64,000 bases of DNA, from NCBI GenBank assembly GCA_050174015.1, contig JBFXKG010000002.1, positions 1-64,000 on the forward strand, read 5' to 3'. A program made the position numbers and the translations under genes. The notes beneath the pieces were generated by a model, which saw only the letters and a list, made by a program, of their open reading frames with translations, was not told the origin of the DNA and ran no database searches. Of this stretch, positions 48,670 through 58,576 are shown one piece after another. Origin of the DNA: Candidatus Krumholzibacteriia bacterium. Lineage in GTDB: Bacteria; Krumholzibacteriota; Krumholzibacteriia; LZORAL124-64-63. The stretch's first letter is position 1. Each line of letters begins with the position of its first letter.

Positions 48670-49008
48670 ATGGGTGCAATGGTCACGAAAGTGCTTTCGG
48701 TGGTGGGCCTGGGACGCAGGAAGAAAGGCCTGGTCTTCGATCGTCTGCCGCGGAGCGAGGATGAGGTCCGCAAGGGTCTGGTGACGGCGGTCGCCGGTCT
48801 GGCCCAGGTGGCCCCGGAGGACATCGACACAACCAGGACCTTCGCCCAGCTCGGATTCGATTCCCTGCAGGCGATGAAGTTCACCGGCTTGCTGGAGAAG
48901 TCGCTGGGGGTCGAGCTCGAACCGACCCTGCTGTGGGACCACCCGACCATCGATTCGCTGGTGGATTTCCTGGTCGGCAAGCTGGATCTGGGCAGGTCCA
49001 TCGCATGA
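48670..49008 (+). CDS. Acyl carrier protein with N-terminal basic extension
   Basis: LGFDSLQAM phosphopantetheine site, LLWDHPTIDSL; GAGGAG RBS. Confidence 0.88.
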   Translation: MGAMVTKVLSVVGLGRRKKGLVFDRLPRSEDEVRKGLVTAVAGLAQVAPEDIDTTRTFAQLGFDSLQAMKFTGLLEKSLGVELEPTLLWDHPTIDSLVDFLVGKLDLGRSIA

Positions 49009-50768
49009 GTCTGCCCGCACCGCGTCCCGACCTGAGCTCTCCCGAAGGTGACCTGGGGGCCGTCCTGAGGCGGCGCGCGCAGGAGACTCCTCAGAAACAG
49101 GTCTACGGGTTCCTGCGGGACGGGGTGAACGAGGCCGACCGCCTGACCTACGCCCAACTGGACGCCTCCGCCCGGGCCGTCGCCGCCGGGCTCCAGGATC
49201 GGTTCAGGCCCGGCAGCCGGATGCTCATGCTTTACCCTCCCGGCCTGGAATTCGCCGCGGCCTTCTTCGGCTGCCTCTACGCCGGGATGATCGCGGTGCC
49301 CGCCTATCCTCCCCGCAAGAACCAGCTGGACGGCCGGCTCCTCGGCATCGTGAAGGATTGCGGCCCCGCTGCGGTCCTGACCGTGGCGGAGGTGGCCCCG
49401 GGCGTCGAGGCCATGGTGAACCAGCTGGCGCCGGGTGCGATGGCCGTGATCGCCACCGACGCCATCGGCCCCGAGGCGACCGACGCCTGGCGGGAAGTCC
49501 CCCTCCCCCCGGAGGCCATCGCCTTCCTGCAGTACACGTCCGGCAGCACCGCCGCGCCCAAGGGGGTGATGGTCAGCCACGGCAACATCATGCACAACGA
49601 GCGGGCCATCCTCGATTCCATGGAGCACGACTCCAGTCTGGTGGGGGTGTCCTGGCTGCCGGTCTTCCACGACATGGGCCTGCTCGGCAACCTCCTTCAG
49701 CCGGTCTACGTCGGCGGCGCGACCTACCAGATCCCTCCGCTGGCGTTCCTCAAGCGGCCGCTCGCCTGGATCGAGGCCATCTCACGCTACCGGGGCACGA
49801 CCTGCGGCGGTCCCAACTTCGCCTACGATCTCTGCGCCCAGGCGGCTGCGGCGGCGGATGGGGGGCTCGACCTCGATCTCTCCCGCTGGCAGGTGGCTTA
49901 CGTGGGCGCCGAGCCGGTCCGGGCCGGCACCCTGCAACGCTTCGCCAAGGCCTTCGAGCGGTACGGATTCCGCAAGGAGGCCTTCTTCCCCTGCTACGGT
50001 CTGGCCGAGGTGACGCTGATCGCCACCGGCGGGCCGCGTCCCCGGCAGCCGGAGATCGTGAGGGTCGACGGCGGGGCGCTGGCCGAAAACCGGATCCAGA
50101 CCCGGCGCCTGCCCGGTCCGGGTTCCCGCCAGCTGGTGGGCTGCGGGCGGGCGGCCACCGACCTCGAGGTCCTCGTGGTGGAACCGGAAAGCGGATCAGT
50201 GTGCGCCGATTCGCAGATCGGAGAGATCTGGGTCGGCGGGGAGAGCGTGGCCCGCGGTTACTTCAACAATCCCACCGGAAGCGTCGAGACCTTCGGGGCT
50301 CGGACCGACGAGGGACGCGGCCCGTTCATGCGGACCGGAGATCTGGGTTTCCTGCGCGGGGGCGAGCTGTTCATCACCGGCCGTCTGAAGGACCTGATCG
50401 TCATCCGGGGCCGCAACTACTATCCCAACGACGTCGAGCTGAGCGTGGAAGAGGCGCACGAGGGGATCGCCCCCAACGGCACCGCCGCCTTCGCCGTCGA
50501 CGACGGCGAACAGGAGAAGCTGGTCGTGGCGGCCGAGGTGAGCCGGTCCTTCTTCCACCGGCTGAAATCCGAGGCCGACGGCGAGCTGGCGGGGCGGATC
50601 CTCGGGGCGGTGCGGGACCGGGTCGCCCTGGATCACGAACTCCAGCTGCACGACCTGGTGATGGTCAAGCCCGGCGGCATCCCCCGCACGTCCAGCGGCA
50701 AGATCAGGCGGGCGGAAAGCCGCGAACTTTATCTCGCCGGTAGGCTCGAGATCCTGGGTGCGGACTGA
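49005..50768 (+). CDS. Fatty acyl-AMP ligase (FAAL)
   Basis: FLQYTSGSTAAPKGV, WLPVFHDMGL, PNFAYDLC, PCYGLAE, RTGDLGF, GRLKDLIVIRGRNYYP, IPRTSSGKIRR. Confidence 0.92.
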   Translation: MSLPAPRPDLSSPEGDLGAVLRRRAQETPQKQVYGFLRDGVNEADRLTYAQLDASARAVAAGLQDRFRPGSRMLMLYPPGLEFAAAFFGCLYAGMIAVPAYPPRKNQLDGRLLGIVKDCGPAAVLTVAEVAPGVEAMVNQLAPGAMAVIATDAIGPEATDAWREVPLPPEAIAFLQYTSGSTAAPKGVMVSHGNIMHNERAILDSMEHDSSLVGVSWLPVFHDMGLLGNLLQPVYVGGATYQIPPLAFLKRPLAWIEAISRYRGTTCGGPNFAYDLCAQAAAAADGGLDLDLSRWQVAYVGAEPVRAGTLQRFAKAFERYGFRKEAFFPCYGLAEVTLIATGGPRPRQPEIVRVDGGALAENRIQTRRLPGPGSRQLVGCGRAATDLEVLVVEPESGSVCADSQIGEIWVGGESVARGYFNNPTGSVETFGARTDEGRGPFMRTGDLGFLRGGELFITGRLKDLIVIRGRNYYPNDVELSVEEAHEGIAPNGTAAFAVDDGEQEKLVVAAEVSRSFFHRLKSEADGELAGRILGAVRDRVALDHELQLHDLVMVKPGGIPRTSSGKIRRAESRELYLAGRLEILGAD

Positions 50769-51889
50769 TGCTGGGCGAGGTCCGTCCGGTGCGCGATGAA
50801 GCCGCCACCCCGGGCGTCTATGCGATGCGGCGCTTCCTCCCGGAGGACCGCGAGAAGCTCCTGGACATCCTGGGCGAAATCTGGGGCGAGGCCTTTCGAG
50901 CCGACATGGCCGAAACCTGGTCCTGGAAGTACGACCGGAATCCCCATCACCTGCCGGGCGGCCACAACTCCATGGTCATGACCTGCGACGGCGAACCTGT
51001 GGGATTCCTGGGCCTGCTCTCCACCTGGATGAAGGTGGACGACCGGATCTACCCCATTGCCTGGGGCTCGGAGCTGGCCCTCCGGAAGGAACACCGCCCC
51101 CAGGGGTACCGTTTCTTCGTGGAAATCGCCTCAAGGTCCGAGAAGCTCATCGCAGGGACCGCCAGCTCGTACGATCTCGCCAGGCTGCCCCTCAAGTTCG
51201 GGGCCTTCGAGATCACCAGGCTGGTCAGTTGCAAGCGGATGCTGCGCCCCCGGCGGTTCCTGCGGGCCCAGGGGATGAATCCCGTCCTGGCCTTCCTGGG
51301 CACCGCCCCGGTTTCCCTGGCCTCCGGCCTCGCGCGTCTGGTCCTGCGGGGGCCGGTGGACCGGTCGGCCGTCATCGAGGAGGTCGGCGACTTCGGCCCG
51401 GAGTTCGACGATCTCTGGGAGGAGATCGCACCCACCTTCGCCATGGTGGCCGTCCGGGACCGGGCCTTCCTGAACTGGCGTTTCCGGGACTGTCCCAACC
51501 GCAGATACACGACCCTGGCCGCCCGCCGGTCCGGGCGCCTGGCGGGATACGTGGTCGTGCGGGAGGAGGGTGCGGGTCCGCTCCGCCGCGGGTTCGTCGT
51601 GGATCTGATGGCGCCCCAGGATGACAGGGCCCTCTCCAACCGGTTGCTGGAGGCGGCCGACTCCTGGTTCAGGAGCCGGGGCGTGGCCGAGGCCACCTGC
51701 ACCATCTCCAACCACCGGGGATTCCGGCGGATGTTGCGGAACAACGGCTACCTGTTCACCTCGGCCAGGGCCTGGATCACCGGGCATTGCGGCTGCAGAC
51801 CCGAACACGCGCCGTTGCAGGAGCACTTCGAACATTCGACGCGGTTGCTGATGACCCGGGCCGACACCGACCTGGACTACAACTACTGA
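50768..51889 (+). CDS. Two-domain GNAT-family N-acyltransferase
   Basis: WSWKYDRNP, L..EHRPQG, RDRAFLNWRF..CP..RY, LAGYVV; coupled to the FAAL stop (TGATG). Confidence 0.75.
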   Translation: MLGEVRPVRDEAATPGVYAMRRFLPEDREKLLDILGEIWGEAFRADMAETWSWKYDRNPHHLPGGHNSMVMTCDGEPVGFLGLLSTWMKVDDRIYPIAWGSELALRKEHRPQGYRFFVEIASRSEKLIAGTASSYDLARLPLKFGAFEITRLVSCKRMLRPRRFLRAQGMNPVLAFLGTAPVSLASGLARLVLRGPVDRSAVIEEVGDFGPEFDDLWEEIAPTFAMVAVRDRAFLNWRFRDCPNRRYTTLAARRSGRLAGYVVVREEGAGPLRRGFVVDLMAPQDDRALSNRLLEAADSWFRSRGVAEATCTISNHRGFRRMLRNNGYLFTSARAWITGHCGCRPEHAPLQEHFEHSTRLLMTRADTDLDYNY

Positions 51890-51902
51890 AGGGGCGGAGG
51901 GC

Positions 51903-52787
51903 GTGACGGACAGGCGACAGCAGACCAGGCCGGTGGTCTTCGTGCACATCCCCAAGGCGGCGGGTTCGACCCTGCATGCCATCCTCGCGAGGGAATATCC
52001 CCGGTCGCGGACGGTCATCTGCGACCTGCACCGCCCCGACGCCCCCGAGGTCCTGGCCTCCCTGACCCCCGACCGGACCGCCGGCGCCCTCTGTTTCCGG
52101 GGACACATGCCTTACGGCCTGGACCGGTTCATCGGGCGGGAATGCGATTACATCACCATCCTGCGCGATCCGGTCAAGCGGACCGTCTCCAAGTACCGCA
52201 ACCTCGTGCGGCGGCCCGAGCGGGCCGAGGAGATGGGCATCCCCGCCGAGAGATTGAAGTCCCTGGAGGCCTTCCTGGACTTCCAGCAGGAACGGAACGC
52301 CCTCAACTTCCAGACCCGGCTGATCTCCGGCTGGGTGGACTTCCAGCATCCGCTGTCTCCCTACCCCGAACCCCTGCCCGACGAGGCCCTGCGGCGGGCC
52401 CAGGCCAACCTCGAGGACCACTTTCTGGTGGCGGGCCTCCAGGAGCGATTCGACGAGTCGGTGGTCCTGATGAAGCGCGCGCTGGGCTGGGGCAGGGTCG
52501 CCTATCCCCGCAGGAACGTCGACTTCACCCGGTCCGGGCAGGGCGGCCCGGGCTTGCCCGGCGGCCTGGCCGAGCGCATCCGGCAGCTCAACCATCTCGA
52601 CCTGCAGCTGGTCGCCTTCGTTGGTGAGCGCCTGGAGCGCCGGATCGCAGCGGAGGGGGAAGATTTCCAGGCCGATCTGGAGCGGACGCGGCGGCTCGGG
52701 GGGATCCTCCATTCCCTGCAGAGGATCGCCAACCGCAAGCCCGTCAAGGCCGCCCTCCAGGCGGGGCGCAGGCTCAGGCTGCGCTGA
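51903..52787 (+). CDS. PAPS-dependent sulfotransferase
   Basis: FVHIPKAAGSTL (5'-PSB), GHMPYG, LRDPVKRTVSKY (3'-PB), GLQERFDES, N.LD. Confidence 0.85.
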   Translation: MTDRRQQTRPVVFVHIPKAAGSTLHAILAREYPRSRTVICDLHRPDAPEVLASLTPDRTAGALCFRGHMPYGLDRFIGRECDYITILRDPVKRTVSKYRNLVRRPERAEEMGIPAERLKSLEAFLDFQQERNALNFQTRLISGWVDFQHPLSPYPEPLPDEALRRAQANLEDHFLVAGLQERFDESVVLMKRALGWGRVAYPRRNVDFTRSGQGGPGLPGGLAERIRQLNHLDLQLVAFVGERLERRIAAEGEDFQADLERTRRLGGILHSLQRIANRKPVKAALQAGRRLRLR

Positions 52788-52872
52788 GGGGACGGCCATT
52801 TTCCCGCCGGACAACGGGGGATCGGGGTGTTACCTTCGCAGGCGTCGTCCCAACCGGAAGGATCGTCGCCCC

Positions 52873-53331
52873 ATGCCCATCGACCCCGCACTGATCGAGA
52901 TCGCGTCCCACGACGGCCCCGGGTACCGGCCCCTGGTTGACTTCCAGGCCTGGCGGGCGGCGGTCCTCAACTTCATCCCGGACCTGTTGCCCGAGAACCT
53001 GACGACCATGCAGAGGCATGACGAGACCGACGAGGTCTTCGTCCTGCTGGGCGGCCGTTGCATCCTGTTCGTCGGGGACGGCAGCGGGCGCGAGGACGCC
53101 GGGGCCGTCCACGCGGTGGATCTCGAACCCTTGAAGCTCTACAACGTGAAGCGCGGCGTATGGCACACCCACACGCTGGACGCCGAAGGATCGGTGCTGG
53201 TGATCGAGAATCGTGACACGACGACGGCGAATTCGCCCACCTGTCCCCTGACCGACGCCCAGCAGGGATCGATAAGGGAACAGGTGCGGCGCCTGTGGCC
53301 CGCGGCGGACGGGCCGGCGGCCGTGGGCTAG
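52873..53331 (+). CDS. Cupin-fold protein (ureidoglycolate lyase-like)
   Basis: MQRHDETDEVFVLL.G, YNVKRGVWH, VIENRDT. Confidence 0.65.
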   Translation: MPIDPALIEIASHDGPGYRPLVDFQAWRAAVLNFIPDLLPENLTTMQRHDETDEVFVLLGGRCILFVGDGSGREDAGAVHAVDLEPLKLYNVKRGVWHTHTLDAEGSVLVIENRDTTTANSPTCPLTDAQQGSIREQVRRLWPAADGPAAVG

Positions 53332-55256
53332 GGTACGTCGACTCCCAGCACTTCCGCCAGCTCGGTGACGGTCCGGTCGAACCGTTTCAGCGCCGCCTCG
53401 ATGGCCGTCGGCTTCGTCAGATCCACGCCTGCGAGCTTCAGCAGATCCAGCGGCGGTTCGCTGCATCCCCCTTCCAGCATGGCCAGGTACCCGTCGACGG
53501 CGGGTTGTCCCAGGTCCTTCACCCGCTCGGCGATGGCCATGCCGCTGCTGAGTCCCGTCGCGTACGCGTACACGTAGTACTTGTAGTAGAAGTGGGGGAT
53601 GTAGGCCCATTCCATGCCGTCGTTCTCGTCCACGGTGAAGCCGGGGCCGTAGTAGGTCCGGATCAGGTCGGCGTAGGTCTCGTCCAGCAGGGTGGCGGTG
53701 ATGGGCGTCCCCGATTCCACGAAGCCGTGAACCTTCCGCTCGAATTCCGAGAACAGCGTCTGCCGGTAGATCGTCGTGCGGATGCTCTCGAGTTCGCCCG
53801 CCATGATGCCCGCCTTCTGCTCCTTCGACTCGGACGTTCGCACCAGGTAGTCCGACAGCAGCATCTCGTTGCAGGTCGAGGCGATCTCCGCCAGGAACGG
53901 CACGTACCTGTGGTCCTGGTACGGCTGGCGGCCCATGGCCAGGTCGCTGTGCAGGGCGTGGCCGTACTCGTGGGCCAGGGTGGACAGGTCGTCCAGGCTG
54001 TCCTGGTAGTTCATCTTCACGTAGGGATGGGCGCCGTACACGCTGGCCGAAAACGCCCCGCTGTCCTTGTCATCGCTGGGATAGACGTCGATCCAGCCGT
54101 TGCTCGGGTCCAGCCCGTGGCCCAGCCGCTCGACGTACTTGGGGCCCAGGGGGGCCAGGGCTTCGGGCAGGATCTCCATGGCCCGGGCGTAGGGCACGTC
54201 CATCTCCGCGGCGGCCACCAGGGGGACGTAAAGGTCGTAGACGTGCACGGTGTCCAGGCCCATGACCTGCCGCCGCAGTTCCACGTACCGGTGCAGAGGC
54301 TCCAGGTTGGCGTTCACGGCGGCGATGAGGTTGTCGTGGACGCTCACCGGGATGTTGTCCTTGTCCAGGTAGGCTTCCAGCGCGGTGTCGTAGCCGCGGG
54401 CCCGGGCGAACAGCACGTCCAGCTTGAACTGGCCGGCCAGGGTGGCGGCCAGGGCGTGCTGGAACTGCCGCAGGGTGGCGAAGAAGGCGGCCATGGTCTC
54501 GGCGCGCACGGCGCGGTCCGGCGAGGCCCGGAAGCGGCCCAGGTTGGACAGGGTCAGCTGCACCTCGTTGCCCTCCGTGTCGTGGATCACCGGCCAGGTG
54601 ATGTCCGACAGGACGGCGCCGAAGGCGTCCTCCAGCGGGCTGGGGATCTCGTTGAGGTCGATCTCCGCCCACAGGTTGTCGCCTGCGAGCTGCAGGATGC
54701 GCTCGGCCTCGTCCCCCAGGATGCGCGACTCGCGGCGGCGCAGGTTGTCGATGTACTTGCGGTACTCGCCGGGCCCTGCAGGGTCGTCAAAGGCCACCTG
54801 GAGCGTTCGCTCGTCCAGAGCCAGGATCTCGCTCCTGATGAACCCGGCGGCGGCCATGAGCTCGTCCATGGCGGCCAGTCCCTGCTGGCTGCGGGCCTGA
54901 AGGGCCTCGTCGGTCAGTTCCGAGTCCAGCGCCAGGTTGGCGTACTGGGTGATCCAGCTGGCGCGGTCGTGCAGGGCGAAGTAGAGGTCGAGGCATTGCT
55001 TGAGTTCGGCCGGGTCGGCGAGCTTGCCCTGATAGGCCTGAAGTGCCGGCAGGCGTTCCTGCAGGGCGGCCGCCTCCTCGCGCCACGCCTCCGGCGTGGC
55101 GAAAAGGGCCGTGAGGTCCCACTTGTACACGTCGGGCACGGCGCTGCGCGGGGCGTTGGCGTCGGGGGTGTAGGAGGGAAGGTCGGCGGCGAGGCCGGCG
55201 CAGGGGAGCGCGAGTGCCAGGGCCAGGACGAGGACGGTGGATCGGATGGTGGACAT
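53328..55256 (-). CDS. pepF: Oligoendopeptidase F (M3B) with signal peptide
   Basis: KWDL..LF, WIDVYP..K.SGAFS, HPYV.MNY, TLAHEYGHALH, AEIASTCNE, WAYIPHFY..YYVY.YA. Confidence 0.9.
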   Translation of the reverse strand: MSTIRSTVLVLALALALPCAGLAADLPSYTPDANAPRSAVPDVYKWDLTALFATPEAWREEAAALQERLPALQAYQGKLADPAELKQCLDLYFALHDRASWITQYANLALDSELTDEALQARSQQGLAAMDELMAAAGFIRSEILALDERTLQVAFDDPAGPGEYRKYIDNLRRRESRILGDEAERILQLAGDNLWAEIDLNEIPSPLEDAFGAVLSDITWPVIHDTEGNEVQLTLSNLGRFRASPDRAVRAETMAAFFATLRQFQHALAATLAGQFKLDVLFARARGYDTALEAYLDKDNIPVSVHDNLIAAVNANLEPLHRYVELRRQVMGLDTVHVYDLYVPLVAAAEMDVPYARAMEILPEALAPLGPKYVERLGHGLDPSNGWIDVYPSDDKDSGAFSASVYGAHPYVKMNYQDSLDDLSTLAHEYGHALHSDLAMGRQPYQDHRYVPFLAEIASTCNEMLLSDYLVRTSESKEQKAGIMAGELESIRTTIYRQTLFSEFERKVHGFVESGTPITATLLDETYADLIRTYYGPGFTVDENDGMEWAYIPHFYYKYYVYAYATGLSSGMAIAERVKDLGQPAVDGYLAMLEGGCSEPPLDLLKLAGVDLTKPTAIEAALKRFDRTVTELAEVLGVDVP

Positions 55257-55313
55257 GGGCAGCCTCCCGGTTGAAGTGGGACAATCAAAGCCCCCCGGGG
55301 GGTTCCGGTCAAA

Positions 55314-55655
55314 TCAATCCTCGCCGGTGAGGTAATCGCCCAGCATGCCCCGGCTGTGCTCGGCCTCGTGGCAGTAGACGCAGAGGTTCTCCCAGTTCGA
55401 ACCGTCGGTCGGGTTGTTCGCGTCGTTGCCGTCGATGTGGTGGACCGTCAGCAGGTGCTTGTCCTTCTCGGTGAACTCGCGGGCGCACTTGGCGCAGATC
55501 ATTCCGTGCAGGGCGAGGGACCGCTCCCGGTAGTTGAATCCGGGGGATTCCAGGCGCTTGAGGCTCTTCACCTTCCGGGCGATCTCCTCGGGGGTGGGGA
55601 TGTGGTCGGGTCGGGGGCGGCCGATCTTCTTGTTGCGTGGATTGCGGGGGGACAT
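55314..55655 (-). CDS. YajD-family HNH nuclease
   Basis: YRERSL..., CAKCAREF, LTVHHIDG...NNP.DGSNWENLCVYCHEAEH. Confidence 0.85.
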   Translation of the reverse strand: MSPRNPRNKKIGRPRPDHIPTPEEIARKVKSLKRLESPGFNYRERSLALHGMICAKCAREFTEKDKHLLTVHHIDGNDANNPTDGSNWENLCVYCHEAEHSRGMLGDYLTGED

Positions 55656-55795
55656 GTCCGCTCCTGGGTCGGGGGTCCGCAGCCATGATAGCCGATTCTG
55701 AGCGATCCGCCGGGAAATGAAAGAGCAATATTGTTTGAACACCGTGATGCGTGATAGATTCCCGCTGATCCACCAGACCCGGGGGAGCCCTTGCC

Positions 55796-56095
55796 ATGAA
55801 GTGCCTCCAGTGCCACCGCACCTTCGCCGCCGAGGCCAGGATCGCCTCCATGTCCGGCAGCATCATGGGCGACGAGGTCACCGATGCCTATTTCCTGTGC
55901 CCGGCCTGCGACGTCTACACGGTGGCTACCTGGTGGGACGATTTCACCGGCCTGGAGACCGAATCGTCCTCCGGCCCGCTCTCGCGGGACGTGGGGGACG
56001 CGCGGGTCGCGATCATTCGCGGCTGTGAGCACCCCTGGGACAAGACGTGCCGCTGTCCCGCCCATCGATCCTATTTCAACGACGCCCTCGATTGA
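55796..56095 (+). CDS. Small Cys-rich hypothetical protein (probable metal-binding)
   Basis: CLQC, CPAC, C..PWDK.CRCPAH; GGAG RBS. Confidence 0.65.
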   Translation: MKCLQCHRTFAAEARIASMSGSIMGDEVTDAYFLCPACDVYTVATWWDDFTGLETESSSGPLSRDVGDARVAIIRGCEHPWDKTCRCPAHRSYFNDALD

Positions 56096-56125
56096 TCGTT
56101 GACCGCCTCGAATCCGGAGGTGCCC

Positions 56126-56671
56126 GTGTCCATCCTGAAGTTCTTCTACCAGAACGGGCTGTGGCTGTCCTGGCCCGTGTTCGCGCTGGGGATCTTCGTC
56201 CTCTGGACCTGCATCACGGCGGCCACGAAGCTGGGGGAACGCAACCGGATCGCGGCTCTGCCCCTGGTGGCCGAGCAGGAGGTCACTTTTCCGGAAGCCG
56301 GCAAGGCGGTGCTCTGGCTCGAGAGCCCCCAGCTTTCCCGGCGGTTCAGCGGCCTGGGCTTCGAGCTTCGCGGCAGCGACGGCTCGGTGAACAAGGGCTC
56401 CCGGGTGCTCATGCGCAATCGCAGCTCGGGGTTCGCCCTGGTCAGGATCTCCGACCGCACCTTCGACATCCCGCACGGCGGGAGTTACACCCTGGTGACG
56501 ACGGGGCTGGATGATCCCCGGCCCGATGACGTGAACCATCACCTGATCTTCATGCGGCCCCACCAGATCCAGACCATCAAGACGGTGCTGGGGATCGTCC
56601 TGGGAGCCATCCTGACGATCGGGGCCATCGTGAACTTCTTCCTGCGGCTGTCCATGGGGGTGAAGCCGTGA
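56126..56671 (+). CDS. Hypothetical membrane protein (two terminal TM helices)
   Basis: GGAGG RBS; hydrophobic N- and C-terminal segments. Confidence 0.6.
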   Translation: MSILKFFYQNGLWLSWPVFALGIFVLWTCITAATKLGERNRIAALPLVAEQEVTFPEAGKAVLWLESPQLSRRFSGLGFELRGSDGSVNKGSRVLMRNRSSGFALVRISDRTFDIPHGGSYTLVTTGLDDPRPDDVNHHLIFMRPHQIQTIKTVLGIVLGAILTIGAIVNFFLRLSMGVKP

Positions 56672-56806
56672 CCGGTCCGGAGGGCGTCCCACGACGATGT
56701 CGCGGGGGCTTTGATCTGGCCTGGCAGGGGGGCAACGGTTACAATCGGTGGGATGGATGTGAAGCAATCCGGCCGGCGAGCCGGCCCCTACCGGAGACGT
56801 GCATAC

Positions 56807-58576
56807 ATGAGCGACCGCGGCATCCCCCTGCATCCCTGGCCCCTGGAGAGCCTGCTCGGGCGCATCGATCACGAATGGACGACCCGCCGTGAGATCTTCT
56901 CCCTTGCGGGGAGGCGCTTCTTCCGTGCCGATCCGGACGTGGACCTGGGCTGGACGCTGGACGAGCTGAAGGCCGCCACGCCCGTCGGCCCGGCGGCGGG
57001 GCCGCATACCCAGCTGGCGCAGAACATCGTGCTGGGATGGCTGGCCGGGGCGCGCAGCTTCGAGCTGAAGACCGTCCAGGTCCTGGACGAGCTGGACATC
57101 CCGCGGCCCTGCATCGACATGGAGAACGTGGGCTACAACGTGGAGTGGAGCCAGGAGCTCAAGCTGCGGCGCAGCCTGGAGGAGTACGTCAAATCCTGGG
57201 TCATGCTCGCGGTTCTGAAGCGGTGGGAGCCCTTGCGGGCGGAACTGGGGGACACCGGGGATCACGTCTTCGAACTCTCGGTGGGTTACGACCTCGCGGG
57301 AGTGCAGTCCACGGCGATGACGGACTTCATCTCGGGGCTGCGGAATCCCGGAGCGATGATCGACGGCTTGAGACGCGAGATCTCAGGGCCGTTCGCACAC
57401 CTTCGCGACGTCGAGGTGCCGGAGACCATCGTGCGCACGGCGACCCTGAGCACGTTCCACGGCTGTCCACCCGACCAGATCGAAGGCATCGTCAAGCATC
57501 TGATGTCGGCCCACGGGCTGGACGTCACGGTGAAGCTGAACCCGACGTTGCTGGGAATGGAGGTCGTGCGGGAGATCCTGCAGGACCGGCTCGGCTACAC
57601 CGACATCGTGCTGGCTCCCGAGGCTTTCGCCGAAGACCTGAAGTTCGACCGGGCCCTGGAGATGATCGATCGTCTGCGCAGCTTCGCCGCGGGCTGCGGC
57701 CGGCGCTTCGGGATCAAGCTGACCAACACCCTGGTGGTGGAGAACCGCCGCGGGGTCATGCCCGGCGACCGCATGTACCTGAGCGGACGCCCCCTGCACG
57801 TGCTGGCGATGACCCTGCTGGAGAAGCTGCACACGGCCCTGCCGGGGGTGCTGCGCCTGGGCCTGCAGGACGAGGCCCCGGTGCCCGTGGCCTTCAGCGC
57901 CGGCATCGACAAGGACAACCTGCAGGAAGCCGTCGCCCTCGGCCTGTTGCCGGTGACCATCTGCAGCGACCTGCTGCGGCCCGGAGGGTACGGGCGCATG
58001 GCCCAGGGGCTGCGGAAGCTCGTGCGGCTCATGAAGGAGAATGGCCTCGCGGATCTGGCCGCGCTGCGGCGGCGCGCGGATGCTGAGGCCCGCGTTGCGG
58101 GCCATCGCGATGCGGTGGAGGCGGCCGCGGCCAGGCTGGCTGCGGCCGCCGGCTGCGCCCGCTATTCCCTGACCGGATCGGAAAAGCCTCTGCGCCGGGT
58201 CGATCACGTGCTGGAGATGTTCGACTGCGTGGCCTGCACCAACTGCGTGACCGTGTGCCCCAACAACGCCTTCGTGAGCGTGCCCACATCCGGCGTGGAG
58301 GGGCTTGCGGCCCGCGAGCAGTACGCCGTCCTGGCCGAGCTCTGCAACGACTGCGGCAACTGCACGACCTTCTGTCCGGAGGAAGGTGCGCCGCAGCGGG
58401 TCAAGCCGCGGCTTTACACGATGCCGCAGGTTTGGGAGTCGCGGGGACGCGAGGGCTTCCTGCTCCAGGATGACGGCGGCGCCGTCGCGGTCAGCGGGGA
58501 GGGCGAGGTGGCGGCGCGGCTGGCGGAACTGCTGGATCCGGAGACGCTGCCGGTGGTGTTGCCGGGGGCACGCTAG
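56807..58576 (+). CDS. YgfK-like oxidoreductase (N-terminal domain plus C-terminal 4Fe-4S, no central FAD/NAD domain)
   Basis: GPAAGPHTQLAQNI, FELKTVQ, PCID...YNVEWSQEL, LSTFHGCPP, KLNPTLLG, KLTNT; CVACTNCVTVCP and CNDCGNCTTFCP. Confidence 0.8.
   Translation: MSDRGIPLHPWPLESLLGRIDHEWTTRREIFSLAGRRFFRADPDVDLGWTLDELKAATPVGPAAGPHTQLAQNIVLGWLAGARSFELKTVQVLDELDIPRPCIDMENVGYNVEWSQELKLRRSLEEYVKSWVMLAVLKRWEPLRAELGDTGDHVFELSVGYDLAGVQSTAMTDFISGLRNPGAMIDGLRREISGPFAHLRDVEVPETIVRTATLSTFHGCPPDQIEGIVKHLMSAHGLDVTVKLNPTLLGMEVVREILQDRLGYTDIVLAPEAFAEDLKFDRALEMIDRLRSFAAGCGRRFGIKLTNTLVVENRRGVMPGDRMYLSGRPLHVLAMTLLEKLHTALPGVLRLGLQDEAPVPVAFSAGIDKDNLQEAVALGLLPVTICSDLLRPGGYGRMAQGLRKLVRLMKENGLADLAALRRRADAEARVAGHRDAVEAAAARLAAAAGCARYSLTGSEKPLRRVDHVLEMFDCVACTNCVTVCPNNAFVSVPTSGVEGLAAREQYAVLAELCNDCGNCTTFCPEEGAPQRVKPRLYTMPQVWESRGREGFLLQDDGGAVAVSGEGEVAARLAELLDPETLPVVLPGAR

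Noticed and set aside
46621..49008. 795-aa ORF ending in an ACP domain (apparent large fusion)
   Set aside because: Only 48670-49008 is protein-like and it has its own RBS; the rest is an off-frame overlap of the desaturases
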